Source: Hemiscyllium ocellatum (Eukaryota). From it: a DNA stretch of 64,000 nt. Below the pieces are notes generated by a model. The model was not told the DNA's origin, did not search any database, and worked only from the letters and a program-made list of their open reading frames with translations. The position numbers and the translations under genes were made by a program. Shown here one piece after another: positions 34,636-46,350 of this stretch. How positions within the stretch are numbered: the first letter of the stretch is position 1; each line of letters begins with the position of its first letter. The stretch is from the NCBI RefSeq assembly GCF_020745735.1, contig NC_083414.1, positions 28,582,001-28,646,000 of the forward strand. Reading direction: 5' to 3'.

Positions 34636-36897
34636 ACCACTCATTTTAGCATCATGTATGTCATATTACAGAACGAGACCAAGAATGTTTAGAAACCACT
34701 GAAAGACCTTGATGACAAAATGACCAGTTTTCAGTGATTCATCAGGTAATGTCAAAATTGTAAGTGTCCATTAGGTCACAACAATAACATGGTGGAGCAC
34801 ACATGATTTTCAACATGCCAGCAACAGAGTTGTAGGGTGAAAAGGTTCAAATATGGTTCGAGTGCAAATGTTAACACAAGGGAAAACAACCTTCATGATG
34901 GGCTGTAGGTTAGTCTCAACATGGGATGGTTGAGAAGGGATTAGAGAGCAGTGGGGATATTTGGAAGTCTACTGACACTTGTGTCAATCATGCCACCTTT
35001 TTTCATATGAGTTCTCCTGCTACTCAAGTATTGGTAAGGGATTTACTTGGACTTCAGCCTCCAGTGGCCTGCATACAGAAAACAGTTAGGAAATTGCCAG
35101 TTTACAGTGCAATCCTGTCTTCTGGATTCCACATGCTGTATTAACACCCTCAGCTTCCATTGGATCAGGTAAGTAAGAGTCCAGGCCTTAATGCTAGCTA
35201 TTACACGTTTCCTTGCAGAACGACTGATTACAACTAACTGATAGAGATCCAGCTTTTAATAGTTCTGCACAAGGCAGTGCATTTACCCAGTGAGCGATAT
35301 GGGAGATGATAATGCCTAGTAAATTTAAGTTAAGCACACTGAGCAATCAATTTATCATGGGGACAGCAAAATCAATAATCATATTTGTAGAAAGATTTAG
35401 AAGACATTTTAGCAACTCCTCATTGCAACAGAATCGATTAATCTTACTTGCCTCATGGAAGCAACAATCTTTTCTGCTGTTTTATCTCCAGCTATATAGA
35501 ACCCACACCAATTTGATTCTAAAAAAAAATCTATTAATCTTAGTCAGTAGGATAATAGTCTGAACTAGAATTTATTGTTACTGGCTAGGTTTCTGATCAA
35601 AGGAAGATAATCTCGCTGCAAGTATGGCAAAATTATCAATTTTCATAAAAAATACATTTGCGTTGTCATCATATCTAGTGCAGGTGAATTTCTCATGCAA
35701 GTTTTGAACAAAGGACTATGATGAAAATTATTCTAAAAAATATACAAAACTGAATCCGAAGGTGTATCGGCTGGGAAGGTGTTCTCAAAACTTTAATCTA
35801 AAATATCTGAAATATTACTGCTGAACATATACTATTCTGTGGGCATTCACATTTCTTGTCAACTCTGTATCAAGGTGACAGATTATTCATCTGCCACAAA
35901 AAACACTGCTTTGCCACAGCACCTAATCCATCCCTCTTCACCCACAAACTCTGACTATTTTCGTCGAACAGTCCAACTGTACAAATGGCAGTGCTGAAGT
36001 TTCATGGCTGGATAAATGAACAAAACTAGAGATTGAGGCAACTGATTGTCCTTTAGGTGTGATTGAGAAACATGTGAAAATAGTCAAAAGAAGGGTCACC
36101 TGAGCAAAATACTGAAAGGACAACCTACTGAGCTGGATTTTCTCACGCAACCAATGGGTTGTTCATCCATTAATTTCAATGGAATAAAAGTGTGGCAGAA
36201 TCTGGACAAACATCCATCCAAAATGTATGGACCATGGTGCTTGGTCAGGTCTCAAAACACAAATGGTAAAGACAAAAATTGTTGCAGTAGGGCAGAGAAG
36301 CAGCTTTTCGTACCTTATGCAGGAGTGTACAGATATTGGTGGATGAATCTGAAATAGGATACTGCAATATTGTTTAGATGTATTACCTTGCTCATGACCA
36401 CATATGAATCATTTCCTCAGAGTGATCTGTGGCTTAAGAGTTTGTATCAATTCGTGTGTAGTCCACTTTCAATCTAAAAATAACCAGAACGGCTTTATAT
36501 TTGAAGCAAAGTAAGTTGTGAGTTTATTACACAACTACTGGTGAAAACTATTTAAGTTAAAAAATGGTCAAGTTTTGAGCTAAAATGCAAGTACAAAGTT
36601 CCTACAGAACAATCCACATTAGCCTCAGACCTAACGCCGTACAATATGGGGTGAGAATTTGTAGGGAGATAATATGAGACTAGTTTATCAAAGTCTGTTC
36701 GAGTTCCCCAGTCTTGAAGATGAGCAGGTTTCAATTGTGTGAATCTCCATTTCTATTAAGTCTATGTTCTTATCAATAATACAACAACACCGCATTTCCC
36801 CTTGAAGAAATAAGAAACCTGATCCCAATAAATATATATAATGATAAACATCAGTATATTATATTTATACATGACTATATCTTTTTGACAGAAGTAT

Positions 36898-37891
36898 GGC
36901 TGGCCCTCTACTTTTTGTCATTTACATAAATGATTTGGATGCAAGCTTAAGAGGTGCAGTTAGTAAGTTTGCAGATGACACCAAAATTGAAGGTGTAGTG
37001 GACAACGAAGAGGGTTACCCCAGATTACAACAGGATCTTGACCAGATGGGCCAATGGGCTGAGAAGTGGCAGATGGATTTTAATTCAGGTAAATGCGAGG
37101 TGCTGCATTTTGGGAAAGCAAATCTTAGCAGGACTTATACACTTAATGGTAAGGTCCTAGAGAGTGTTGCTGAACAAAGAGACCTTGGAGTGCAGGTTCA
37201 TAGCTCCTTGAAAGTGGAGTCGCAGGTAGATAGGATGGTAAAGAAGGCGTTTGATATGCTTTCCTTTATTGGTCAGAGTATTGAGTACAGGAGTTGGAAA
37301 GTCATGTTACAGCTGTACAGGACATTGGTTAAGCCACTGTTAGAATATTGCATGCAATTCTGGTCTTCTTCCTATTGGAAAGATGTTATGAAACTTGAAA
37401 GAGTTCAGAAAAGATTTACAAGGATGTTGCCAGGGTTGGAGGATGTGAGCTACAGGGAGAGGCTGAACAGGCTGGGGCTGTTTTCCTGGGAGCATCGGAG
37501 GCTGAGGGGTGACCTTATACAGGTTTACAAAATTATGAGGGGCATGGATAGGATAAATAGACAAAGTCTTTTCCCTGGGGTCGTGGAGTCCAGAACTAAA
37601 GGGCATAGATTTAGGATGAGAGGGGAAAGATATAAAAGATCCCTAAGGGGCAACTTTTTCACGCAGAGGGTGGTATATGTATGGAATGAGCTGCTAGAGG
37701 ATGTGGTGGAGGCTGATACAATTGCAACATTTAAGAGGCATTTGGATGGGTATATGAATAGGAAGGGTTTGGAGGGATATGGGCCGGGTGCTGGCAGATG
37801 GGACTAGATTGGGTTGGGATATCTGGTCGGCATGGAAGGGTTGGACCGAAGGGTCTGTTTCCACGCTGTACATCTCTATGACTCTATGACT
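36898..37891 (+). mobile_element. young 5'-truncated CR1 (HER1-like) LINE with an uninterrupted 303-aa ORF2 C-terminus
   Basis: GPLLFVIYINDLD..KFADDTK..WQMDFNSGKC..RGDLI..FFTQRVV; (ctctatga)2 tail. Confidence 0.95.
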
Positions 37892-38482
37892 GGATTTAGT
37901 TCTTATACAATTATCATGATTTGGTGTGCTATCTGTCTTTGCACTGGATGTGCATTGTGCATTTTAGTTGTATTGTCTGATACCTGTGATGCTTTCAGTA
38001 TTGGAATAATAGCCTTGCATGATTGTATCTTGGCTATTTCCAATTTGAATGTGTTGTTTGTTTCATCATAAGACTTGATCATTGTTTACATCAACTGGGC
38101 TCTACATAACATTGTCAAATCTTTCTATAAATCCATATATTTGTGCGAAGATCTCAAACTGTGGTGCTTTGTCTTGGTTCAAGTTAGAATAACCATTCAT
38201 GTGCTGGTTGATCATGCTCCAGTACCATTTTCTTCCTTTGTTCCTATAATGCATTGTGCATGTGGTAGAGTGGTAACAGTGCATGATAGAAGGGATGTGT
38301 GTATCTGTGTTCCATGCATGAGAGTTTCTGGTGAGGGAATTGGTCCATAAATTTAAAAAAGGCTACCTGAAAACCCTGGCAAATTACTTTATATTGATGA
38401 TACTGTGTGTCATGTAAACTGTGTATTCTGTGAGACTATTATCATAACATTCAAGGATATGGGACTTGCATAGGAAATTAGG

Positions 38483-39092
38483 TTTTTCGTGAGTTTTGAG
38501 AAGAATTGTAGCTCAGGTTGAGGTTCTGGATATAGGTTTGCTCACTGACCTGGAAGCTTCATTTCCAGACGTTTCATCACTCTACTAGGTAACATCTTCA
38601 GTAGGCCTCAGGTGAAGCACTGTACATGATTCCTGCTTTCTATTTATATGTCTGGATTTTTTTAGGTTGGAGATGTCATTTCCTGTGGTGATGTCATTTC
38701 CTGTTCTTTTTCTCAGGGGGTGTTAGATGGGGTCTAACTCGACGTGTTTGTAGATTGCGTTCTGGTTGGAATGCCATGCTTCTAGGTACGGACTGGGACA
38801 ACACATCCACCTTAGGATAGACATGCATGAGAATTCTGAGAAGGATGGCATTCCAACCGGAACTTAATCACATCTGGTTATACCCCATCTACCACCCTTG
38901 AGAAGAATAACAGGAAATGACATCACCACAGGAAATGACATCACCAACCCCCAAAAAACCATAAACATAAAAATAGAAGGCAGGAATCAAGTACAGTGCT
39001 TTGACTGAGGCCCACTGAAGATGTTACCTAGTAGGGTGACGAAACATCTGGAAATGAAGCTTCCAGCTCAGTGAGCAAACCTACATCCAGAA
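38483..39092. mobile_element. fold-back Penelope-like element (family A) with long inverted arms and 9-bp TSD
   Basis: tail 38483-38523, arms 38524-~38785 and ~38790-39092; gaaattagg at 38474-38482 and 39090-39098; homologous to the pLTR of 14115-15352; weakened hammerhead at 39012-39051. Confidence 0.88.
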
Positions 39093-39607
39093 ATTAGGAT
39101 TAGCACACTTTTAGTGGTAGTAATGTTAGCGGTGACTTGCCAGGCTGAAAGGCCTTTTCTGCAATGTATGAATCTATGTATTAGATTGAGGACAACAAGG
39201 AAAGAAGATGTGTTGAAATCCTCAATTCCCATACATGTGATGGGAATGTACATTAGTGTAATATGGGCTGTTGTTCGACACAACCTATTGAAGAACACCA
39301 AATATATTGAAAATGATGGTTAATGCGTCAGTAAGTGTTGTATTGGTACTATCCATGACTTGTTTCATGAAAGGATAGTTGGTGAAATAGTCTGTCACCA
39401 GGATGTAGTTCTACCCCAGACATGGAAAGAATCAGTAGTCATCTTACATTACAGTCCAGAATGAATTTCATGTGGAATGAAAGGTTCTATCAATTGGAAA
39501 GGGTAATGGAGTTGACATGTTTTAAAAGATGACTTGATGAGTTGATTAATGTACTTATTGATGCTGGGCCAATAGACAGATTCATATGCCAGATAAAAAC
39601 ATCAGGT

Positions 39608-39703
39608 TATTCCTGATGAAGGGCTTTTGCCAAAAAGGTCGATTTTACTGCTCCTCGGATGCTACCTGAACTGCTGTGCTCTTCCAGCACCACTAATCCA
39701 GAT
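39608..39703 (+). mobile_element. family B single arm, degenerate hammerhead
   Basis: ttcctgatgaagggcttttgccaaaaaggtcga..ggatgctacctgaactgctgtgctcttccagcac. Confidence 0.75.
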
Positions 39704-41446
39704 TCATGTGCCAATCTCTTTAGTATTTTTCTGTACCCATGTGGCCTATGGATATAGACAAGCACAACTCTCAACGTACAGTCTGTTTGCTTTGAAAATT
39801 ACATTTCAGGAGTGTGCTAATTTGTATCTGAGTGAAGCAGAAAGAATGTAACTACTCAAGGATTTGTTGAATGCATTTGGCCATCCACCGATGAGGGTCT
39901 TGGTCAGCTGTTATTGCTGAGCATCACCAGACATAGCTTGCTGAATCTGTTATGCTCAGTTATGACCAAAATTAATGCGATCGACATGGACATTATCTTC
40001 TAACTTGGATTTCCATTTGTAAGTCAAGAGGAGTATTTTTGTTCTTAGGGAGTTTGTAAGTCACAGTAAATCAATGCTAAGAACATTGCAACAGTCATCT
40101 GTTTAATATTGAGGATCAACATTGTACTCTTGGATCTTCAAAAATTATAGAAATGATAGGTTTCAACAGATCATTTCCAAAGATTTATGGTCAGTGAAAT
40201 GACTGCTGAATTGGCACAAATGGAAGTTAATTTTCCAAAAATTAGTGAGAGTTTCCCTTTCAATGCCAGCGTAGTTTGCATAAGTTGGGGTGAGGACCTT
40301 TGAACCAAAAACAATAGGCTTGTCATTCTGTAATAGACATGCCCCAAGGCCTTTCTGGGGCATCCAGCATAGTAAGCTTGGAGCTATCATGACATTAAAC
40401 ATGACACTCCTGGGAGATAAAGTGATTTTTAAAAATATAATCTCCACAGTGTGAAAACAGGCCATTCGGCTTGATTTTAATATGCTGAAAGATATGTTAG
40501 TGATCTTCCTACCACATGTACAGGATAGTTTTTTGGAGTAAATCATAAAGAAAAAATACTTTGGTTTCAAAATTTGGAATATATATAAATAAAATGTTGA
40601 AGAAGTTGAAATACCTTTGTATGTTATCTTTCTTTTATGTAGCCATCTTTTGTATACCTTCTGTTTTGGTAGAATCATGTCTAAAACCATTAAAAAAACT
40701 TGATCTGCCTTATGCTGATTTTCCATTTGTTGTAAATGAACAGTAAGCCTTGTTTCCTTTTTGCTGGCATGAACAGATGAAACTTTGTTTCATGCTCATG
40801 TTTAGATTTCCGTAAGAACTGTGATGTCATCTGTGATACATGGACAACCTGGTAGGTTCTATATGATGTAATCCATATGTGGGTTGAATATATATCCTGG
40901 CTGACAGATCATCTGAATGGTAATATGAGAAATCAATTTCTACCAAAAATGGTTCTAAGTATTCTCAGGTCCTGGGACTCTGAGGAAAGATGCATGGACC
41001 AAAATCCATTTCTTTTCATTAAGCTTAGAAAAATGCTTCACATTTGAAAACTTGAGATTAAACTGTTGCAGGGTAAAAATCTTGTGTGGACATCATTTCA
41101 GTGCAATATTCAGTCACCTTGGATCCAAACATAGTGTTAGAGTGCTATTTTTCTTCATAACATAAGCTATACCAATCAAAGTGATGCTCAATTTTATGAA
41201 TGATATTGTTTAGATCCTGGAATACAATTCAAATTTCAGTTTATCTTGAATATGGATACTACACTTACAAAGAAAGTCAAAGTTTAACTGAGAATTATCT
41301 TTCTGATGTAACACTGCATTGCCTTCAAAGTTACTATTAGAATCAAACTAGTTGAATAAATATTTTTCCTAGATAAACCCAATATTGTGGACTGGAATCT
41401 TTGGTTTCCAAACTGACAGGAACACAAGGTTGCCATGAAGTTGACT

Positions 41447-41613
41447 GAGCTTAAAAATGTGTTGCTGGAAAAGCTCAGCAGGTCCTGAAGAAGGGCTTAT
41501 GCCCGAAACGTCGATTCTCCTGTTCCTTTGATCCTGCCTGACCTGTTGCGCTTTTCCAGCAACATATTTTTAAGCTCTGATCTCCAGCATCTGCAGTCCT
41601 CACTTTCTCCTAG
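41447..41613 (+). mobile_element. fold-back PLE-derived mini-element (family B) with 19-bp TSD
   Basis: short left arm 41447-41484, right arm to 41577, tail 41578-41613; atgaagttgactgagctta at 41435-41453 and 41614-41632. Confidence 0.88.
41482..41515 (+). ncRNA. minimal type I hammerhead ribozyme, intact core
   Basis: guc-CUGAAGA-a-gggc(uuau)gccc-GAAAC-GUC-gau. Confidence 0.75.
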
Positions 41614-42729
41614 ATGAAGTTGACTGAGCTTACATTGTTTTTCCAGGACTTGGGAAAGCTTGACTGGATCTTTATGGCTGTCACTCAAAATGGCTATATG
41701 AGTTAATCTTTCTCAACCCTTCATTCCCCAAAGTAAAAAGAAGTTTGACAGTCTATCTCTCTTTGTAAGTGATCTAATGGGGGAAGATTATTTGTTTCCG
41801 AGAATAATTGAAATTCAGACATGTCATTGAAGTGCCAATCCATTTGCAGCAGTTTGCTTTCCATCCTTAATGTGCATTTTTTAAAACTCTTTAATAATTG
41901 TAACCAAAATTTGTTTTGTTATTTTTTGTTGTCACCTTTTTTTTCTGATTGCAGTTTTAAATTTGTTCCTTTGGAAGAGAAATGGTATGGAACAAGTGGA
42001 ATAATTAGTTAAAATTTTCTAATTCTTTGTCATTTTTACCCAATCTTTAAACCTAAGCTGAATATGTATAGTTTATTGGCATGTGCAAAGGGAATTATAC
42101 CTTAACTATGCTTGAACTAAAGCTGCTGAAAATGTGCAAAATGAGCATTGTGATAATATCCGATTACAAAGAACTGGGGTCTGAGTCTGTAAGGCTCTAG
42201 GTAAGTTGCCCTCCCTTACCCTTCTCTAAACATATTTCTGTTCAATTAAGCCTGACACCATTGACTCAAAAAAGTACAGACCTCACATTACTACAACATG
42301 AGCTTTAATTCATTTCAATCTTGGTATCTGAGAGATAACACCAACGATCAATTCAAAGGAGATTGCACTTGGCAAAAAACATTGTTCTCAGTTTAAATAT
42401 CTGTCAACCTCAGCCTCCAATTTAACACAAAAGCATTTTTGTAAAATGTTAATGGATGTTATCATTTAATGTAACCAACAAATTAGACTTACATGTTCAT
42501 TAATGCTGCAACTCATAACACTTTAAGAATTCTAAACTCCATCAAGAGCATTTCAATCTCATTAAAGTGCTTGAAACAGAGAGAATGATTATTTGCCAAC
42601 CGCATTCATGATTCGAGCACAGAACGAGAAGCAGACTGTAGGAATAGAATATTATTATTAATTGGTAACACAGAGTAAAAGTACAATGTCATTATTATTA
42701 GCTGTACCATGTGGGTGGATCTCGGAGAT

Positions 42730-43180
42730 CACATTGGAACAGTTCTGAAAATGTTCACAAGGCTGATGTCTGGAATGAAGAGATTGTTTTATGAGAAAAG
42801 TTTGAGCAGTTGGATCTCAGTCATTTGAGATTAAAAGAATGAGAGGTGATGTTATAATCTTGAGTACGTTTGGCAGGATAGATGCTGAGGGGATATTACC
42901 TTTTATAGGGTAATCTAACAATTGGATGAACGTTCTACAAATAAGGGGCCTTGCATTTAAAATGACGATAAGTTGTCAGAATGGTCTCAGTGTTTGGAAT
43001 GTGGAGATTGTGTCATTGAACATATTAATGGTTGGGTTAGACAGATCTTTGATCCATATGGGAGTGAAGCTATGTGGAAGACAGTTTAGAAATTTGAGCT
43101 AGACCACAATCAGATCAGCCTTGACCTTATTTTATGATAAGGTAGGTGCAAGGGGTTGAATGACCTATATCTACTCATTT
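42730..43180 (+). mobile_element. old CR1 3' fragment
   Basis: aagaatgagaggtgat..cagatcagccttgaccttat..gaatgacctat. Confidence 0.65.
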
Positions 43181-45699
43181 TTTTTATTGCAAATGAGTTT
43201 CAATTATCTGAAAATCCAGGGAAATCAAATCTATCTTTTCAACTACCAGCAAAACTGATATTTTCTGGTCTTAGTTTTGGTCCTGAAGTTCCTCAGGAGA
43301 TCCATCTAAAGCCAGCCAAGCTAATAATGTAATAACAGAAACCTGGTGGCACTGTGCAGTTGTCATTTCCAGCAATATTCTCTGTGCCTTTTAAGAACTA
43401 GAATCTTAGCTTGCCCCTCTCAAAACTGCAAATATAAGCTGGGAGTAGCTGCCACTGATCTGAAGAATGCAGAGAAAGAAAGATCCAAGGCTCTTAATGC
43501 AAAAATAGTCAAAGGTTCATCAGCTGTGTCATGAATCAATAGCTGGAGAGAACAGAGACATAGAGTACGCTCACAGTGCAATTAAATGGCAAGGCATAAA
43601 ATTTTGTCCTTGTAGAAGATCTTGGTTAGACCTAACTTTGTATATTGTGCTCAGTTTTCATTTCCTCTCATGAGGGATGGCATTAAGAATTTGGAAAGGT
43701 GCAGAGGAGAATAGTTCCCGGTACTGAGCATATTACTTAGTAAGATAACCTCGAAAGATCCTTTCCTTCAGACATCCACCCGTGTACAGGAGATCTGATT
43801 GAGGATTGAAGGATGGAGGGAATAAAGTGTGCTTCGGGTAATGGTATGGTCCACTGAATAAGTTAGAGATGGCCAATGATCACAATTTGATGTTGTTCAA
43901 GGTCAGATTTATGTTACATATCAAGAGATGCTTTGATTATGGATGGAATCAGAATTTAATTGCAGGACTCCTTTGTAGTAAGGTCAGCGTCTTGATGCGG
44001 GAATAGACGATGCAAAGAGATCACAATGTGAGAAGGTTTTACTGGCTAACTTGTTGTGGCAAGAACAAATATTTCTTCACAGCCAAGAGCAGTGCTACTG
44101 AAGCACTTTCCTCATCTCCCTTAAGCATCTGAGTTTCCTCAAGGCCCAGAAAACCAGGCTGTCCCGGGTTAAAAACATAACCATTATGACAATGGAGGCT
44201 TAGAGCGTCGATATGACATTTAAATGAATAACTCATTCTCTGTGTGTAGATTTATTGTCTGCTCCTCATTAAAACCAGAAGTAAATGATGTAAGCTGAAC
44301 ATTTTAATCATTGACACAATCTGAACACATCAATTTTTAGGCCGTTAAAGATCAGCCCAAAGCATCACTATTGTAGAGACAGATTGGACAGATCGCAGGA
44401 TGTTTTCCTGGCAATCATTTGTTTGTATGATTCTCAGTAAAGTGTGTTTGTGCCCTGTGGGATGAGGCAATAATGGGTGTCATCAGAGGGAGGTCAGAGC
44501 TAACCCCTTTATTCCCAAGAAGCAATAGATGGGGTTTGATGTAAGCCTGTGTTAGACAGAGATTGGAGAAACTGTTAGTCCCATCCAAATGAGGTGATAT
44601 CCAACCGAATCTACAAATTTCTTCCTTGGTTGGCATCTTCAGCTGAGGTCATGACAAAGTTATCAGAACGTTGGCTCGAAGGATTTTGGGCCTAAAATCC
44701 CAACCCAAAAAAGTCAGCAACTAAACTGTCCTGCTGGGGAGGTCTGTTCCTATGTTAATTAGAATAAAAAGAAAATATATCCTTACTAATTCCAATTTGG
44801 TCACAGTATAAGTTCCATTTTCAGTGAAAATATTTCCAACTTTAGGAACATTAGCATCATCCTACAAAGTGATGTTATCTCTATTTGATGTGAAGGTTAT
44901 ATTGTTTGATGAGAAACGACAGTGAAATAAAATAATTTCCATTTTGGCCCTTTAACTAATGGGTATGCTGAAACAGATGCAGATACAGTTCTTCCTTTTC
45001 TTTCTCCTGAATATGTTAAAGCCCTGATTTATGTGTTCCCTCTTGTACCAGATAGATTTTTTAAAAGCCAAAATAACTATTTTTCCTCCTAAACCCTCTC
45101 TTCCTTTAATTGAACCTCTTTGACTAAGCTTTGTTAACTTCTTACAACTCCTTTTCTGGAAATGTGCAAAGTCACAAGTGTGATCCTATGGGACTGGGTG
45201 ACAAAGGTAAACTATCCCTCCCTGTCCTTTTAGATCAGTGGTTGATCACATCAAACTCCTCAAACATCTATCTTGTCCGCTTGAATTGCTGCCAGAGTAT
45301 GACTTGCAATGGCTTCCCTTCCTGTTCCCACATAGTTGCCTCTGGTATTGTCCTTATATGTCTCCTTTCTCTTTCCCATCAACAAGCTGCCTTGGGTGAC
45401 CTTCAAAACTACAATATTCTTGGTCTCATTGTTCTGGTAAAGCACATTTATGTTGCCTTCTTAGATAAGTAAACCATTAATTTTTTGGAAGAAACATTTC
45501 ACTGTGGCTTCATCTTGCTCTGAGGCTGCAAGAGGGAACAAAGGCATGTGACATTGAATCGTCCCTGTGAGGATGCATTCTCTCTGAATAACATATCATA
45601 CAATCAGAAGTAGCTGCTTTATATGACAGAAAGTACAGTGTAGTTTTCACATATACACTGATGTATACCGTACTCTACCTCAAAAGGAGTTTTCTCAAC

Positions 45700-46350
45700 T
45701 TTCTCAAAATTATCAGATGGCTTAACCACAACATCCAGTACTAAATGGCAATAGCAATTTCCTCTAATCAAATATCAGGAAGACCAAAGACATTGTATTC
45801 ATTGTTTGCTCCAAACTCCATTCCCTAGCTACCAACTCCATTCCTCTCCCTGATAAATCAGACTGTTCACAATGTTGGTTTTATTTTTGATCTTGTGAAA
45901 ATCATTCAGTCACACATTTTTATCATCGTTAGGACAGTCTATTTCTACACCTGAAACATCACCTTGCTTCACCCTTGTCTCAGTTCCCCTGCTGCTGAAA
46001 TCCTCAGTCATGGCTTCATTATTTCATGACCTAACTATTGTAATGCTTAACTGGCTTCCCACATTCTATTGCTGGGAAACTTGAAGGTATCAAAAGCTCT
46101 GCTGTTGTAACTCACACCAATATTGTTTGCCCATCGTGGTCTTGCTGATAAACACTGGCACCCAGTTAAACAAACGACTGAGTTTCAAAAATCTCATTCT
46201 TGTTTACGAAGCATGTCAAGTTCTCACCCTTCCCTATCTCTGTGATTTCCTCTAATTAGTATCCTTGAATTTTATTGCTGCCCTATTGGTGACTGTGCTT
46301 CATTTGCCTATGTCATAAACTCTGGAATTCCCTTCTTGCAATTTTCAGTA
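45700..46350 (+). mobile_element. old L2-type LINE 3' fragment
   Basis: HPCLSSPAAEILSHGFI..LTI/DYCN-like region typical of the L2 ORF2 C-terminus; ctctggaattccct near the end. Confidence 0.65.

Larger units (their letters stand above)
37895..41420 (-). mobile_element. decayed Ty3/Gypsy pol remnant(s) (RT, RNase H, integrase) with later PLE insertions
   Basis: minus strand LCLDPR (~41125), NGFWSMHL (~41000), PCITDDI (~40830), QKGLGACLLQNDKPIVFGSKVLT..YAGIERE and TDHKSL (ORF 40163-40726), PSPETLMHG (~38320). A possible PPT and LTR lie left of the CR1 near 36795. Confidence 0.75.

Noticed and set aside
40163-40726. 187-aa ORF as a host gene
   Set aside because: The C-terminal half is a decayed Gypsy RNase H; the rest is out-of-frame remnant
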